NCBI GenBank assembly: GCA_030765135.1
Contig: JAVCDC010000020.1
Location: 10,916 to 74,915 of the forward strand
DNA: 64,000 nt
Reading direction: 5' to 3'
DNA from: Candidatus Tritonobacter lacicola
GTDB taxonomy: Bacteria; Auribacterota; Tritonobacteria; Tritonobacterales; Tritonobacteraceae
Part shown: positions 25,965-34,946 of the stretch, piece by piece
Numbering within the stretch: position 1 is the first letter of the stretch
How the letters are laid out: the number at the start of each line of letters is the position of its first letter
Notes under the pieces: generated by a model
What the model was told of the DNA's origin: nothing
Database searches by the model: none
Seen by the model: the letters and a program-made list of their open reading frames with translations, nothing else
Translations under genes and position numbers: made by a program

Positions 25965-26996
25965 TTAAAAGAGGGGCACTCCCTTGCAGAACCGCTCCTT
26001 CTCTATCTGGCCGGAGTCGACCGACACCAGCGCGACGGTCTCCTTGCCGAATATCTTCAGCTTGACAAGGCGCGCCTCTATCTTCAAGCGCTCGCCGTTG
26101 TAGAACTCTCCCCTGATCGAGCCGTCGTAAATTATGAAATAGATATCGTCGGCCTCCTTACCGTCGATATAAACCTCCTTGAGCTTCAGCATGAGCGGCA
26201 TGTAGATGGAGTGGGTGTTGTCCTCTATCGTCCCGTATGCTTCGACCGACTCTTTCAACAGCTCCACGTCGCAGTACGTCAGCGGTATGTCCTTTACGTC
26301 GCTGTAAACGCAGAACGTGCAAATGATGATCCCGTCATGATAGAAGCGAACCGGCCAGAACTTGCCGAACTCCATGCACCGCCTGTTCGGGTCAGTGTAT
26401 GTCATCGACCATATTTTCCGGACGGTCTCCATGTTCTGCTCGGGCGTGCCGAAGAATACGAGGTCTATATCCTCGTCGTCCTCCATCCTGCCGTAGGCGA
26501 GGGAGCCGGTCACGCCCATCCGCTCCATGGGGATATCCAGAAGCTTGCTCACCTCTTTGAGCCTCCTGCCTATCTGGGGGTACTTTTCCATGACTCTGGA
26601 GAGGGAGACCTTGTCGTTGAACCATCCGTCGAAGTCCTTGAGGTCGAAAACCACGTGGAAATCGGTCACAACCGGCGTGGGCTCGGTCGGCTTGAGGGTC
26701 TTGTCTATCTTGTATTGATGCTCTATCTGCTTGTCGTGGGGGATCATCACGTGCTCCCCGTCGATCCACGCCTTCGTTATGCTGGTATAGTGCTCCCCGT
26801 GAATCTCGATGTCGCCCGCGGGATCGGGATAGTTGATGATCTTACCCAGGAAGTGGCCCGGCGGGTGAAAGTACCCCTCGGTATAGGTGAGCGCCCCGGT
26901 CTTCTTTAGAAAATAAGTCGTATCCATCACCACCGGCCCCAGCGTATCCATGGGCTGGAGGAGCTTCCCAATCTCGTACTTCCAGTCGTTTTTCAT
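25965..26996 (-). CDS. Pol-beta-superfamily nucleotidyltransferase-fold protein of unknown function (343 aa)
   Basis: Central motif GVTGSLAYGRMEDDEDIDLVFFG fits the minimal NTase signature G[SG]-x(9-13)-DhDh. About 160 aa of N-terminal region and about 160 aa of C-terminal region have no recognisable domain. Confidence 0.5.
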   Translation of the reverse strand: MKNDWKYEIGKLLQPMDTLGPVVMDTTYFLKKTGALTYTEGYFHPPGHFLGKIINYPDPAGDIEIHGEHYTSITKAWIDGEHVMIPHDKQIEHQYKIDKTLKPTEPTPVVTDFHVVFDLKDFDGWFNDKVSLSRVMEKYPQIGRRLKEVSKLLDIPMERMGVTGSLAYGRMEDDEDIDLVFFGTPEQNMETVRKIWSMTYTDPNRRCMEFGKFWPVRFYHDGIIICTFCVYSDVKDIPLTYCDVELLKESVEAYGTIEDNTHSIYMPLMLKLKEVYIDGKEADDIYFIIYDGSIRGEFYNGERLKIEARLVKLKIFGKETVALVSVDSGQIEKERFCKGVPLF

Positions 26997-27050
26997 AATG
27001 CTCCTTTCCTTACTTTACAGATAACATTCATAGTCTTATAGCTATCTTTA

Positions 27051-27899
27051 TCAGCGCCTCTTTGTTTTCTTGGCCTCCCGCCCTTCTTTCGCTTTCCTGT
27101 CTTCCAGGATCTCTTTATACCGCTCATCCCTGAGCCTGCGGCACTCCTTGCCGCTCTTGCATAGTTCCGGGTTGTTCCACATCGCCTCGAACTCGGCGAG
27201 AAAATCGTTAACAATGTGCCGGTCCTCCGGACCGGTAAAGACCATGAGATTTTCCAGGTTCTTGATCTCCGCGGAGCTCGACCAGTTATAGCTCCCCGAG
27301 GCCAGGAGATCGCGGTTTATTATGACGGCTTTGTGGTGCCAGATATGCGACTTCTGATGGAAGTGGTCGTACGCGGGCCCTCCCTCCTCATCTTTCCATG
27401 ACCAGCCGGGGTAGTAGTGATATCGCACCTCGATGTTGGGGATGGGCCTGCCGCGGAACTGGCTGACCATTTTCTTATAGGCCTTTTCGACCGCTGTTTT
27501 TCGCTTCTCCTCATCCTCGATATAGGCGCCCCTCCGCTCGGCAAGCTCGCGGTACCGCTCCTTCTCGCCGCTGGCCACGCCGTCCATGTAGGGCACGGCG
27601 GAGTACTCCGACTCGTGCATGCTCAGGTTCGCGAGAATACGTATCTTGACGTCGGGAAAGTCCCTGCCGATGCGCAGTAGCGTGTCGGCAAGCCGCCTCG
27701 ACGTGAAGCTGAAGATGGCCACGTCTATCGTCCCCTCACCCTTCTCCTTCGCCCTGCCGACCGCCATGGAGAAGCACTTCATAATCTCGTCGTCGAGGGG
27801 GGCATGGCTGTTGAAGAACACCTTCACATCCTGCCTTGCATCGGCGGGCAGGAGAAAGAGCGCCGCGGCAACCATAACAGCAAGGGCAGGCACTTTCAT
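27051..27899 (-). CDS. Secreted single-HKD phospholipase-D-superfamily protein (Nuc-like nuclease / PLD-like)
   Basis: Signal peptide MKVPALAVMVAAALFLLPADA. One HKD motif HHKAVIINRDLLASGSYNWSSSA (H-x-K-x4-D-x6-G-S-x-N). Confidence 0.8.
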   Translation of the reverse strand: MKVPALAVMVAAALFLLPADARQDVKVFFNSHAPLDDEIMKCFSMAVGRAKEKGEGTIDVAIFSFTSRRLADTLLRIGRDFPDVKIRILANLSMHESEYSAVPYMDGVASGEKERYRELAERRGAYIEDEEKRKTAVEKAYKKMVSQFRGRPIPNIEVRYHYYPGWSWKDEEGGPAYDHFHQKSHIWHHKAVIINRDLLASGSYNWSSSAEIKNLENLMVFTGPEDRHIVNDFLAEFEAMWNNPELCKSGKECRRLRDERYKEILEDRKAKEGREAKKTKRR

Positions 27900-28657
27900 T
27901 TCTTCTCAACCTTTTCCGGATGGGGCTGCACCCTCCACCGCCCCATCTCCCACAGCCTGTCGAACTCGCCCTGGAACGCCCGTACAACGTCCGGGCAGCC
28001 CCAGAAGAAGAAGCGGTTATCATGGTAGATGAGCGTGGCCAGCCTGCTGATGTTGGCGCTCCCGTTATAGCAGTCCTTTCCATCGAAGATGCCGAACTTC
28101 TCGTGCATGGTCTTGAAGGGTATCCCGGTGACCTTCTCCGCCTTCTCCGGATCCAGCACCTTCACCTCTATCACCGGGCGGACCTTCTCGAGGTCCCCGA
28201 CCATCGGGTCGATAATGGGCTTCTTCGTGATAAAGTCCGTGATGGATTCGTCGAGGAAGATACGGACCTTTACCCCCCTCTCGTTCGCCTTCAGGAGCTC
28301 GAAGTACTCATCGGACCTGTTGTCCAGTATGTAGGAGGCGATGTCTATCGTCTTTTCGGCCCGCCTGATCATGTCCGTCAGGGGGTTTGCCATGTTGCCG
28401 GGGGAAACCTTTTCCGACTCGAGGTCCGGCTGGAGCAGCACAATCTTCTTGTTATAGTTCTGCGGCGCGAGGCCGCCCGTCGGGCCGAAATAGACCTCGG
28501 CTTTGCAACTCTTCCCTGCGTCCTCCCCTGCAACAGCATACAGAGCAGCAAGCAGTACAGCTGCACCGACTAAAAGTCCTCGAATGTACCTAGTCCAATA
28601 CACCGGCTCTATCCCTGAAAAAAAGTGGTTCAAACCCAAATTCCACACAGAAAGCAT
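27896..28657 (-). CDS. Secreted or membrane-anchored single-HKD phospholipase-D-superfamily protein, paralog of the downstream gene
   Basis: N-terminal hydrophobic segment LLVGAAVLLAALYAVAG. HKD motif MHEKFGIFDGKDCYNGSANIS. 4-nt ATGA overlap with the next gene on the strand. Confidence 0.75.
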   Translation of the reverse strand: MLSVWNLGLNHFFSGIEPVYWTRYIRGLLVGAAVLLAALYAVAGEDAGKSCKAEVYFGPTGGLAPQNYNKKIVLLQPDLESEKVSPGNMANPLTDMIRRAEKTIDIASYILDNRSDEYFELLKANERGVKVRIFLDESITDFITKKPIIDPMVGDLEKVRPVIEVKVLDPEKAEKVTGIPFKTMHEKFGIFDGKDCYNGSANISRLATLIYHDNRFFFWGCPDVVRAFQGEFDRLWEMGRWRVQPHPEKVEKK

Positions 28658-28735
28658 GAAAATATGGAATAAGGTAATATAGAAATAATTCTTGCAGTCT
28701 AAAAACCGCTTTATATCTCAATGTTTTTACGTTTT

Positions 28736-29797
28736 TCAGTTTGTGTTTTTGATATTTGATTTTTGATATTTGATTTTATCATATCCCCTCGACCGTATCT
28801 TCTCTATGGCCCTGCCCGCGTCCCTCGGGTACTCCGCCGCCAGTTCCTTCAGCAGGGGCAGGCACTCACTATCGCCGGACTCCCCCAGCGCGGCGATTGC
28901 CAGCTTTCTCAACCGGTCATTCCCCCCCCTGCCGGCCGCGGCCTCCCTGATAAAGGGAAGGCCCCGCTTTTTCATGAAATCTTCAGCCGGGCCGCCGGGG
29001 TTGCGACCCCCGATCAGCCCGATGATCCTGCAGGCGGAGATCTTCTTCCTCTCCGACCCCGCGCCGTCGAAGAAGGCGACCGCCCCCGCGGCCACATTCT
29101 CGCCGCCGTTCCTCCCCAGGGAGAGAACAACGCGCTCCTCCACTGCGGGGGACATCTTTTCCTGCCCTTCGTATAAGCTTAGAGCCAGGACGGGGTCCAC
29201 GTAGCCGAGCGTCTCCCATGAATCCCGCTGTATCTGGGGGTCGAGGTAAGTCCGGGCCATCTCCGAGAGAGAGGGAATGCCCTCATCCGCCAGCACCTTT
29301 CCAAGCGCGTCATCCTGTGTCCTGTCGTGGATGCCCTTCATGGCGAAAATAGCCATGATCTTCGCCCGCGGCTCGCCTTCCAGGAGAAGGGCGGCAAGCG
29401 CCCGGCCCAGCTCGGCTCCGCCGCCGGCCCCCGCCTCGCGTGCGGCCTGCCACCTGGCGCTCACCGGACGGCGGCTTCCTATAAACCCGGCGACCGCATC
29501 CGCCGACTGCTCCTTCGGCGAGCGGGCCAGCTTCTCCACCGCCAGGAGGGAAGACTTCCCGTCGCCGCTCCTGGCTATCTCCGACAGGGACGCCACGGCA
29601 ACATCGGAATCTTCCTCGCCGAGAAGCTCGACGATCTCCTCCCTCTCCCGGGAATCCGGGGCTGACCTGTACCTCTCCATCAGGACACCGGCACCCGGTT
29701 GGACATCCTCGCCGGTTCTCCGGCCCATCCGAACATAAAGGAAGAGGGCGGCGGATATAAGGACAACGGCGGAAACGATAAGCACAACCTTTCTCAT
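28736..29797 (-). CDS. HEAT/PBS-lyase-type repeat protein with N-terminal TM anchor
   Basis: N-terminal hydrophobic helix. Repeated alpha-helical HEAT-like units (for example IARSGDGKSSLLAVEKLARS and GKVLADEGIPSLSEMART). Confidence 0.5.
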   Translation of the reverse strand: MRKVVLIVSAVVLISAALFLYVRMGRRTGEDVQPGAGVLMERYRSAPDSREREEIVELLGEEDSDVAVASLSEIARSGDGKSSLLAVEKLARSPKEQSADAVAGFIGSRRPVSARWQAAREAGAGGGAELGRALAALLLEGEPRAKIMAIFAMKGIHDRTQDDALGKVLADEGIPSLSEMARTYLDPQIQRDSWETLGYVDPVLALSLYEGQEKMSPAVEERVVLSLGRNGGENVAAGAVAFFDGAGSERKKISACRIIGLIGGRNPGGPAEDFMKKRGLPFIREAAAGRGGNDRLRKLAIAALGESGDSECLPLLKELAAEYPRDAGRAIEKIRSRGYDKIKYQKSNIKNTN

Positions 29798-29889
29798 AAC
29801 AAATAAGGCTTCTGCAAAATAGCAATTAGTTTTATGTCAATTGGTTAAGCACCGAATTGTCTTCAATTTCCCTCGAATGGTTATTCATT

Positions 29890-31371
29890 TTATCGCCATC
29901 CATAATCCTTATCACCCAGCATCCCCGGATGTGTGCCATAAATGCCGCCGCTATCCTTGTAAAAACCCAAAGTTCCCGATGAGGGCGTTGGCGCCCAATC
30001 CGGCTGGAAGTTGACTGCAGAGATTAACGGTGTCGGGGTAACCGTTGCCGTAGGTGTGATAGTCGGTGTTGGCGTGACTGTGGATGTAGGTGTCGCCGTG
30101 GGCGTATTCGTAATGGTAGGCGTCTGAGTGGGCGTGTTGGTGATCGTGGGTGTCTGAGTGGGTGTGTTAGTTATAGTTGGTGTTTGTGTCGGTGTATTGG
30201 TAATGGTCGGCGTCTGCGTTGGCGTATTTGTTGTTGCGTTCGTAGGCGTGTTGGAAAGAATTGCGTACAACCTGTTATCCTTTGATCCAAAATAGATCGT
30301 TATGTCATCACCTATAGCAGGTCCTGATTGTACGCGGTTTGCAGTCGCGTAGCTCCACATAAAGGAACCATCAAAGCTAAAGCCGTAAAGGCGGTTGTCA
30401 TTATTGCCCGCGTAAACGCTCCCGTCACTGCCTATAGCTGGGGCTGAATCGAAATCCTCTCCGCCCACATAGCTCCATAACAAGGAGCAGTTGGAGTTCA
30501 GGCTGTAAAATCTGTTGTCGCGAGAGCCAACATAAATTATACCGCCTGAACCTATGGCCGGTGAGCATTCGACCGTCCCTCCTGTTTCATAGCTCCATAA
30601 TAGGGAGCCTTTCGAGTTAATGCTGTAGAGACGGTTGTCCCGAGATCCTGCGTAAACCGTCCCGTTCTCAGCTATGGCCGGTGAAGAGTTTGCATCCCCT
30701 CCGGTTATATAAGTCCAAAACAAGGAGCCAGCAGAGTTAAGGTTGTAGATGGTGTTGTCCCGACAGGCCGTACAAACTGTACCATCCGGACCTATTGCCG
30801 GTGATCCGTAAATGTAGTCCTGGAATGCATAGGTCCACGACAAGGAGCCATTAGAATTTAGGCTGTAGAGGCGATGGTCCCAAGAGCCCAAGTAAACCCT
30901 TCCCTCGGCACCTATGGTTGGCGAGGAGTAATCGAGCGGGCCTAAGGTTCTATAGCTCCACGATAAGGATCCATCGGAGTTAATACTATAGAGCCTGTTG
31001 TCCGAGGATCCCGTGTAAATTCTTCCGTCACTACCTATAGCTGGTGATGATCGGACACTACCACCGCTCACATAACTCCACGATAAGGATCCATCGGAGT
31101 TAATACTATAGAGCCTGTTGTCCGAGGATCCCGTGTAAATCTTCCCAGCCGTGCCTATGGCGGGTGAACTCTGATAAATCTCATATCCGGTTGCATAGGT
31201 CCACTTCAGAGCCAGCCCAGAAGCGAGAGGACCCTGATGCTGGCTCAGGCCCGTATGCCTCGCGTCGTGATGGAACATCGGCCAGGGGCCGGAATCAAGC
31301 TGGGCATTGGAGTTGAAGACAAAAGAAAAAAACATAACAAGCATAACCGCCACATGTCTTTTTACAGCCAT
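29890..31371 (-). CDS. Secreted PQQ-like beta-propeller repeat protein with C-terminal Thr-Pro-rich repeat linker (TNTPTQTPTI x4)
   Basis: Signal peptide. About 8 repeats of the pattern YSxNSDGSLSWSY..GG.V.SSPAIG.DG.IY.GS.DNRLY (40-aa blades). Low-complexity TPTQTPTITN repeats. Confidence 0.7.
   Translation of the reverse strand: MAVKRHVAVMLVMFFSFVFNSNAQLDSGPWPMFHHDARHTGLSQHQGPLASGLALKWTYATGYEIYQSSPAIGTAGKIYTGSSDNRLYSINSDGSLSWSYVSGGSVRSSPAIGSDGRIYTGSSDNRLYSINSDGSLSWSYRTLGPLDYSSPTIGAEGRVYLGSWDHRLYSLNSNGSLSWTYAFQDYIYGSPAIGPDGTVCTACRDNTIYNLNSAGSLFWTYITGGDANSSPAIAENGTVYAGSRDNRLYSINSKGSLLWSYETGGTVECSPAIGSGGIIYVGSRDNRFYSLNSNCSLLWSYVGGEDFDSAPAIGSDGSVYAGNNDNRLYGFSFDGSFMWSYATANRVQSGPAIGDDITIYFGSKDNRLYAILSNTPTNATTNTPTQTPTITNTPTQTPTITNTPTQTPTITNTPTQTPTITNTPTATPTSTVTPTPTITPTATVTPTPLISAVNFQPDWAPTPSSGTLGFYKDSGGIYGTHPGMLGDKDYGWR
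30955..31140. repeat. Exact 66-bp duplication at 120-bp spacing inside the propeller gene (recent blade duplication)
   Basis: ctccacgataaggatccatcggagttaatactatagagcctgttgtccgaggatcccgtgtaaat occurs identically at 30955-31020 and 31075-31140. Confidence 0.85.
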
Positions 31372-31633
31372 CTGCTGCCTCTTGCTTAAAAAGGGATTAC
31401 ACGCCCCGTCTCCGGCAGTACTGCCGGAGCCTGATAACGAATCTCAGAGAGATTCTATCTCAGGATAATCACTTCAGCAAAGACTAATCATAAAACTTAT
31501 TGCGTTATCCTGATTGGAAATCGGATTGCGAAGCCAGGCGGTGACTGTTATTATAAATTCTGCGAAGAGGAAAAGGAAGCAGGCTTCCCGGATCGACGGG
31601 CGGCCGCGGCCCACACCTGAAAGGAGGAAGCAG

Positions 31634-32260
31634 ATGAAGCGGAAACTATGCATCGGCTCAGCAATCCTGTCGGTTTTTCTTGTAATCAACGCATTCCCCC
31701 AGGGAGGCGAGAAAAAGACCACTGCAGCCAGGGCAAAGCCCCTCGCCTGTATTATCGATCTCGACGGCACAATCGCCGACGAATCGGCGCGCAGGGAGGC
31801 CGCTGCCGGTGAGGACGGCAAACTCCAGGGAAAGGAGTGGGACGCGTACTTCGACACGTCGAAAGTGCCGGGTGACAAGCCCCTTCCTACGGGTCGGGAG
31901 ACGCTCCACTGGCTCGACGGCCAGGGCATCACGATATTCTACGTCAGCAGCCGGCCGGCCACGATGCTCGAGGCCTCAAAGACCTGGCTCAAGGTGAACG
32001 GCTTTCCCCCCGGGGAAGACGTCCTCCACAAAGAGGATAAATACGAGAAGTCACTGAAGTACAAGACCCGCGTCATCGAGGATATTAAGGCCGGGGGTTA
32101 CAACGTGCTCTTCGGCGTCGGCGACAGGGACAAGGACATCCAGTCGTACGAGGCGGCAGGCATCATCGGCATCAAATTGGAGCCCAACAAGGACGAAGAG
32201 TGGAAGCGAGCGAGGCGCGAGATCGAGGAGATACTTAAAAAGCAGGCTGCAACGAAATAA
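31634..32260 (+). CDS. HAD-superfamily phosphatase (acid-phosphatase / 5-prime-nucleotidase-like), secreted
   Basis: Start at 31634 (RBS aaggagga at 31621-31628; the ORF-track start at 31514 is an upstream extension). Signal peptide MKRKLCIGSAILSVFLVINA. HAD motif I IIDLDGT and motif IV GVGDRDKD. Confidence 0.6.
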   Translation: MKRKLCIGSAILSVFLVINAFPQGGEKKTTAARAKPLACIIDLDGTIADESARREAAAGEDGKLQGKEWDAYFDTSKVPGDKPLPTGRETLHWLDGQGITIFYVSSRPATMLEASKTWLKVNGFPPGEDVLHKEDKYEKSLKYKTRVIEDIKAGGYNVLFGVGDRDKDIQSYEAAGIIGIKLEPNKDEEWKRARREIEEILKKQAATK

Positions 32261-32265
32261 GATCA

Positions 32266-32754
32266 ATGAAACCCCACGCATGCGTGATAGATATTGACGG
32301 CACTATAGCCGACGAATCCCTCAGGCGGAGAAGAGCGACCGACAGGGACGGCGACATAAACTGGCGGAAGTACTTCCGCGAGGACATCGTCCTGGAAGAC
32401 CCCCCCATAGAGAAGGCGCGGGATGTCCTGAGATGGATCAAGGAGCAGGGGTGCCGCATTATCTACCTGAGCAGCAGGGACGACAAGCTTACCAAAACCA
32501 CGAAAGACTGGCTCATCAAACACGGCTTCCCGGGCGGCGACTTAAAGCACCGGAAAAAGTATCAGAAAACCACCGAATTTAAAATTTGCACGATAAAGAG
32601 CCTGCAGAAAAGGTACGACATCATCTTCGGCATCGGCGACCGCGACGGCGACATAGAGGCCTACCGTGCGGCCGGCATCATCCCCCTGAGGGTAGTAACA
32701 AACCAGGAAGAAGACTGGGACCGCATCCAGCACGAGATCCAGAAGATCATCTGA
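32266..32754 (+). CDS. HAD-superfamily phosphatase, cytoplasmic paralog of the upstream gene
   Basis: VIDIDGT (motif I); LSSRDD; GIGDRDGD (motif IV). Co-linear similarity to 31634-32260. No signal peptide. Confidence 0.6.
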   Translation: MKPHACVIDIDGTIADESLRRRRATDRDGDINWRKYFREDIVLEDPPIEKARDVLRWIKEQGCRIIYLSSRDDKLTKTTKDWLIKHGFPGGDLKHRKKYQKTTEFKICTIKSLQKRYDIIFGIGDRDGDIEAYRAAGIIPLRVVTNQEEDWDRIQHEIQKII

Positions 32755-32918
32755 AGTGGGTCGAAGGGCAAGATGCAGGATACACGAAGATGCTGGTTCT
32801 GAATCTTGATAATCAGCATAATCCAGTAAATCTGCGTCCTATAAAGAGGCAACGCTTCACCGAGGATCAGCTCATGCTCCCATGCTCTTCATAGGAGCAT
32901 GAGGCCGTGTAACATAAG

Positions 32919-33791
32919 ATGGACATTATCGTCCTAGTAAAGCAGGTGCCCGACACGAAGGCGGTCACGGCCGACGCCATGAAGGAGGACGGGACCGTAA
33001 ACAGGGCCGCGCTCCCCGCCATATTCAACCCGGACGACCTCAACGCCCTCGAGCTCGCCCTCCAGGTGAAAGACCGGTACGGCGGGACGGTGACCGTCAT
33101 GACAATGGGGCCGCCCCGCGCCTCGGAAATCCTGAGAGAAGCTCTCTTCAGGGGGGCGGACCGGGCCGTCCTCCTGGCCGACAAGAGGTTCGCCGCGTCG
33201 GACACGCTCGCGACCTCTCTTACTCTCGCTGCCGCTATCCATAAGATTGATAAATTCAACCTCGTCGTCTGCGGAAGGCAGGCAATAGACGGCGACACAG
33301 CCCAGGTCGGCCCGCAGACAGCCGAGAAGCTGGACATACCCCAGATCACTTACGTAGATGCCGTGATCTGGATAGAGGATAAACGGATTGCCGTCAGGAG
33401 GGCCCTGGACCCCGGCTACGAGATCATCGAATCGAGCCTGCCCTGCCTCATAACGGTCATGGGGGACTGCAACTACCCGCGGACCGCCAGCGCGAAAAGG
33501 ATGATGAAGCTCAAAAAGGCCAGATCAACGGCGGAGCTGAAGAGGGAAGAGCCGGAGACGTGGGAGCCCGCGCGCGCTGCCCTCGATGAGAGGGGCCTCC
33601 TCATCGAGGAGTGGAACGCGGATTTCATCGGCCTTCCCCCGGGGGTCTGCGGCCAGGCCGGCTCGCCCACACTCGTCAAGAAGATAGAGAGCGTCGTCCT
33701 GAAGGGCGGGGATTTCAAATACATACCGCCGACGGAAGAGGGAATATCTTCGCTGATAGACGAGCTGATACGGGAGCATACTCTAGATTAA
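32919..33791 (+). CDS. etfB: Electron transfer flavoprotein beta subunit
   Basis: MDIIVLVKQVPDT...; typical EtfB N-terminus and AMP-binding region. 290 aa. Confidence 0.9.
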   Translation: MDIIVLVKQVPDTKAVTADAMKEDGTVNRAALPAIFNPDDLNALELALQVKDRYGGTVTVMTMGPPRASEILREALFRGADRAVLLADKRFAASDTLATSLTLAAAIHKIDKFNLVVCGRQAIDGDTAQVGPQTAEKLDIPQITYVDAVIWIEDKRIAVRRALDPGYEIIESSLPCLITVMGDCNYPRTASAKRMMKLKKARSTAELKREEPETWEPARAALDERGLLIEEWNADFIGLPPGVCGQAGSPTLVKKIESVVLKGGDFKYIPPTEEGISSLIDELIREHTLD

Positions 33792-33815
33792 AAAAGGTTA
33801 CAAGAATGAAAAAAA

Positions 33816-33858
33816 GACAACATTTAGTAACCCATAGTAACCGTTAGTAACTTGTAGT
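33816..33858 (+). repeat. Four tandem tagtaac(c) direct repeats at about 10-11-bp spacing in the etfB-etfA spacer
   Basis: tttagtaacccatagtaaccgttagtaacttgtagtaaccctg. A similar gtaac array lies at 25880-25930 (gtagtaaccattagtaacagatcgaagagcgtagcaacctttcgtaactg). Confidence 0.6.
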
Positions 33859-33923
33859 AACCCTGTTAAAAAGTATATGAAAAGCTTTGAGAGTGAAATG
33901 AACGGTTTTCATCGAGAGGGCAC

Positions 33924-34946
33924 GTGAGTTCCGCGAAGGACATCTGGATATTCGCCCAGCACGAGGACGGTGAGATCGCGGAGGTTTCCCTGGAGCTCCT
34001 CGGGAAAGGCAGGGAGATGGCCGACAGCCTGGGCCGGAGGCTTGCAGCAGTACTGGTGGGGCACGATGTGAAGCGCCTGGCGCGGACCCTTATCGAGCAC
34101 GGTGCGGACACCATTTACCTTGCGCAGGATCCGTCCCTCCGAGTTTACAGGACATTGCCCTACGCACGCGCAATCTGCGGCATCGCCCGCGACATGAAGC
34201 CAGAGATATTCCTCTTCGGCGCCACCCCCGTGGGCCGGGATCTCGCTCCCAGGGTAGCGTCGTCCCTCCGCTGCGGCCTCACGGCCGACTGCACCGACCT
34301 CCGGATAGGCGATTACACCTCGCCGAAAAAGAAGAAGTACGAGGACCTCCTCCTCCAGGTAAGGCCCGCTTTCGGCGGGAACATCATAGCGACGATAGTA
34401 AACCCCGAGACGCGCCCGCAGATGGCCACCGTCCGCGAGGGCGTCATGGCCGCACTGGAAGGAGACTCCGGCAGGGAAGGGGAGGTCATCGAAGTCCCCG
34501 CACGAATAGAGGAGGGCGACCTCGCTGTGGAGGTCATGGCGAGGAAGGCGGGGAAGAGAACGGTGAACCTGAGGAAGGCCAAGGTCATCGTCTCCGGCGG
34601 GGTAGGCCTTGGGAGCAAAGAGAACTTCGACCTCATATTCAAGCTGGCGGAGGCGCTGGGTGGGCATGTCGGCGCGTCGAGGTCCGCGGTAGACAGCGGC
34701 TTCATCGACAAGGAGCACCAGGTGGGACAAACCGGTACGACTGTGCGCCCGAAGCTCTACATCGCCTGCGGCATTTCCGGCGCCGTCCAGCACAGGGCCG
34801 GGATGAGCGAGTCCATGAAGATCATAGCCATCAACTCCGACCCGGAGGCTCCCATATTCGGCGTGGCGCACTACGGCATCATCGGCAACCTCCACGAGGT
34901 CATCCCCAAAATTATCAAAACCTATTTTTTTCGGAGAAAAAAATAG
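33924..34946 (+). CDS. etfA: Electron transfer flavoprotein alpha subunit
   Basis: GTG start. Matches the EtfA FAD-binding C-terminal domain (IVSGGVGLGSKENF...LYIACGISGAVQH). Confidence 0.9.
   Translation: MSSAKDIWIFAQHEDGEIAEVSLELLGKGREMADSLGRRLAAVLVGHDVKRLARTLIEHGADTIYLAQDPSLRVYRTLPYARAICGIARDMKPEIFLFGATPVGRDLAPRVASSLRCGLTADCTDLRIGDYTSPKKKKYEDLLLQVRPAFGGNIIATIVNPETRPQMATVREGVMAALEGDSGREGEVIEVPARIEEGDLAVEVMARKAGKRTVNLRKAKVIVSGGVGLGSKENFDLIFKLAEALGGHVGASRSAVDSGFIDKEHQVGQTGTTVRPKLYIACGISGAVQHRAGMSESMKIIAINSDPEAPIFGVAHYGIIGNLHEVIPKIIKTYFFRRKK

Noticed and set aside
31514-31633. Upstream extension of the first HAD gene
   Set aside because: A basic low-complexity leader with no RBS. The ATG at 31634 has a strong aaggagga RBS and starts a signal peptide.
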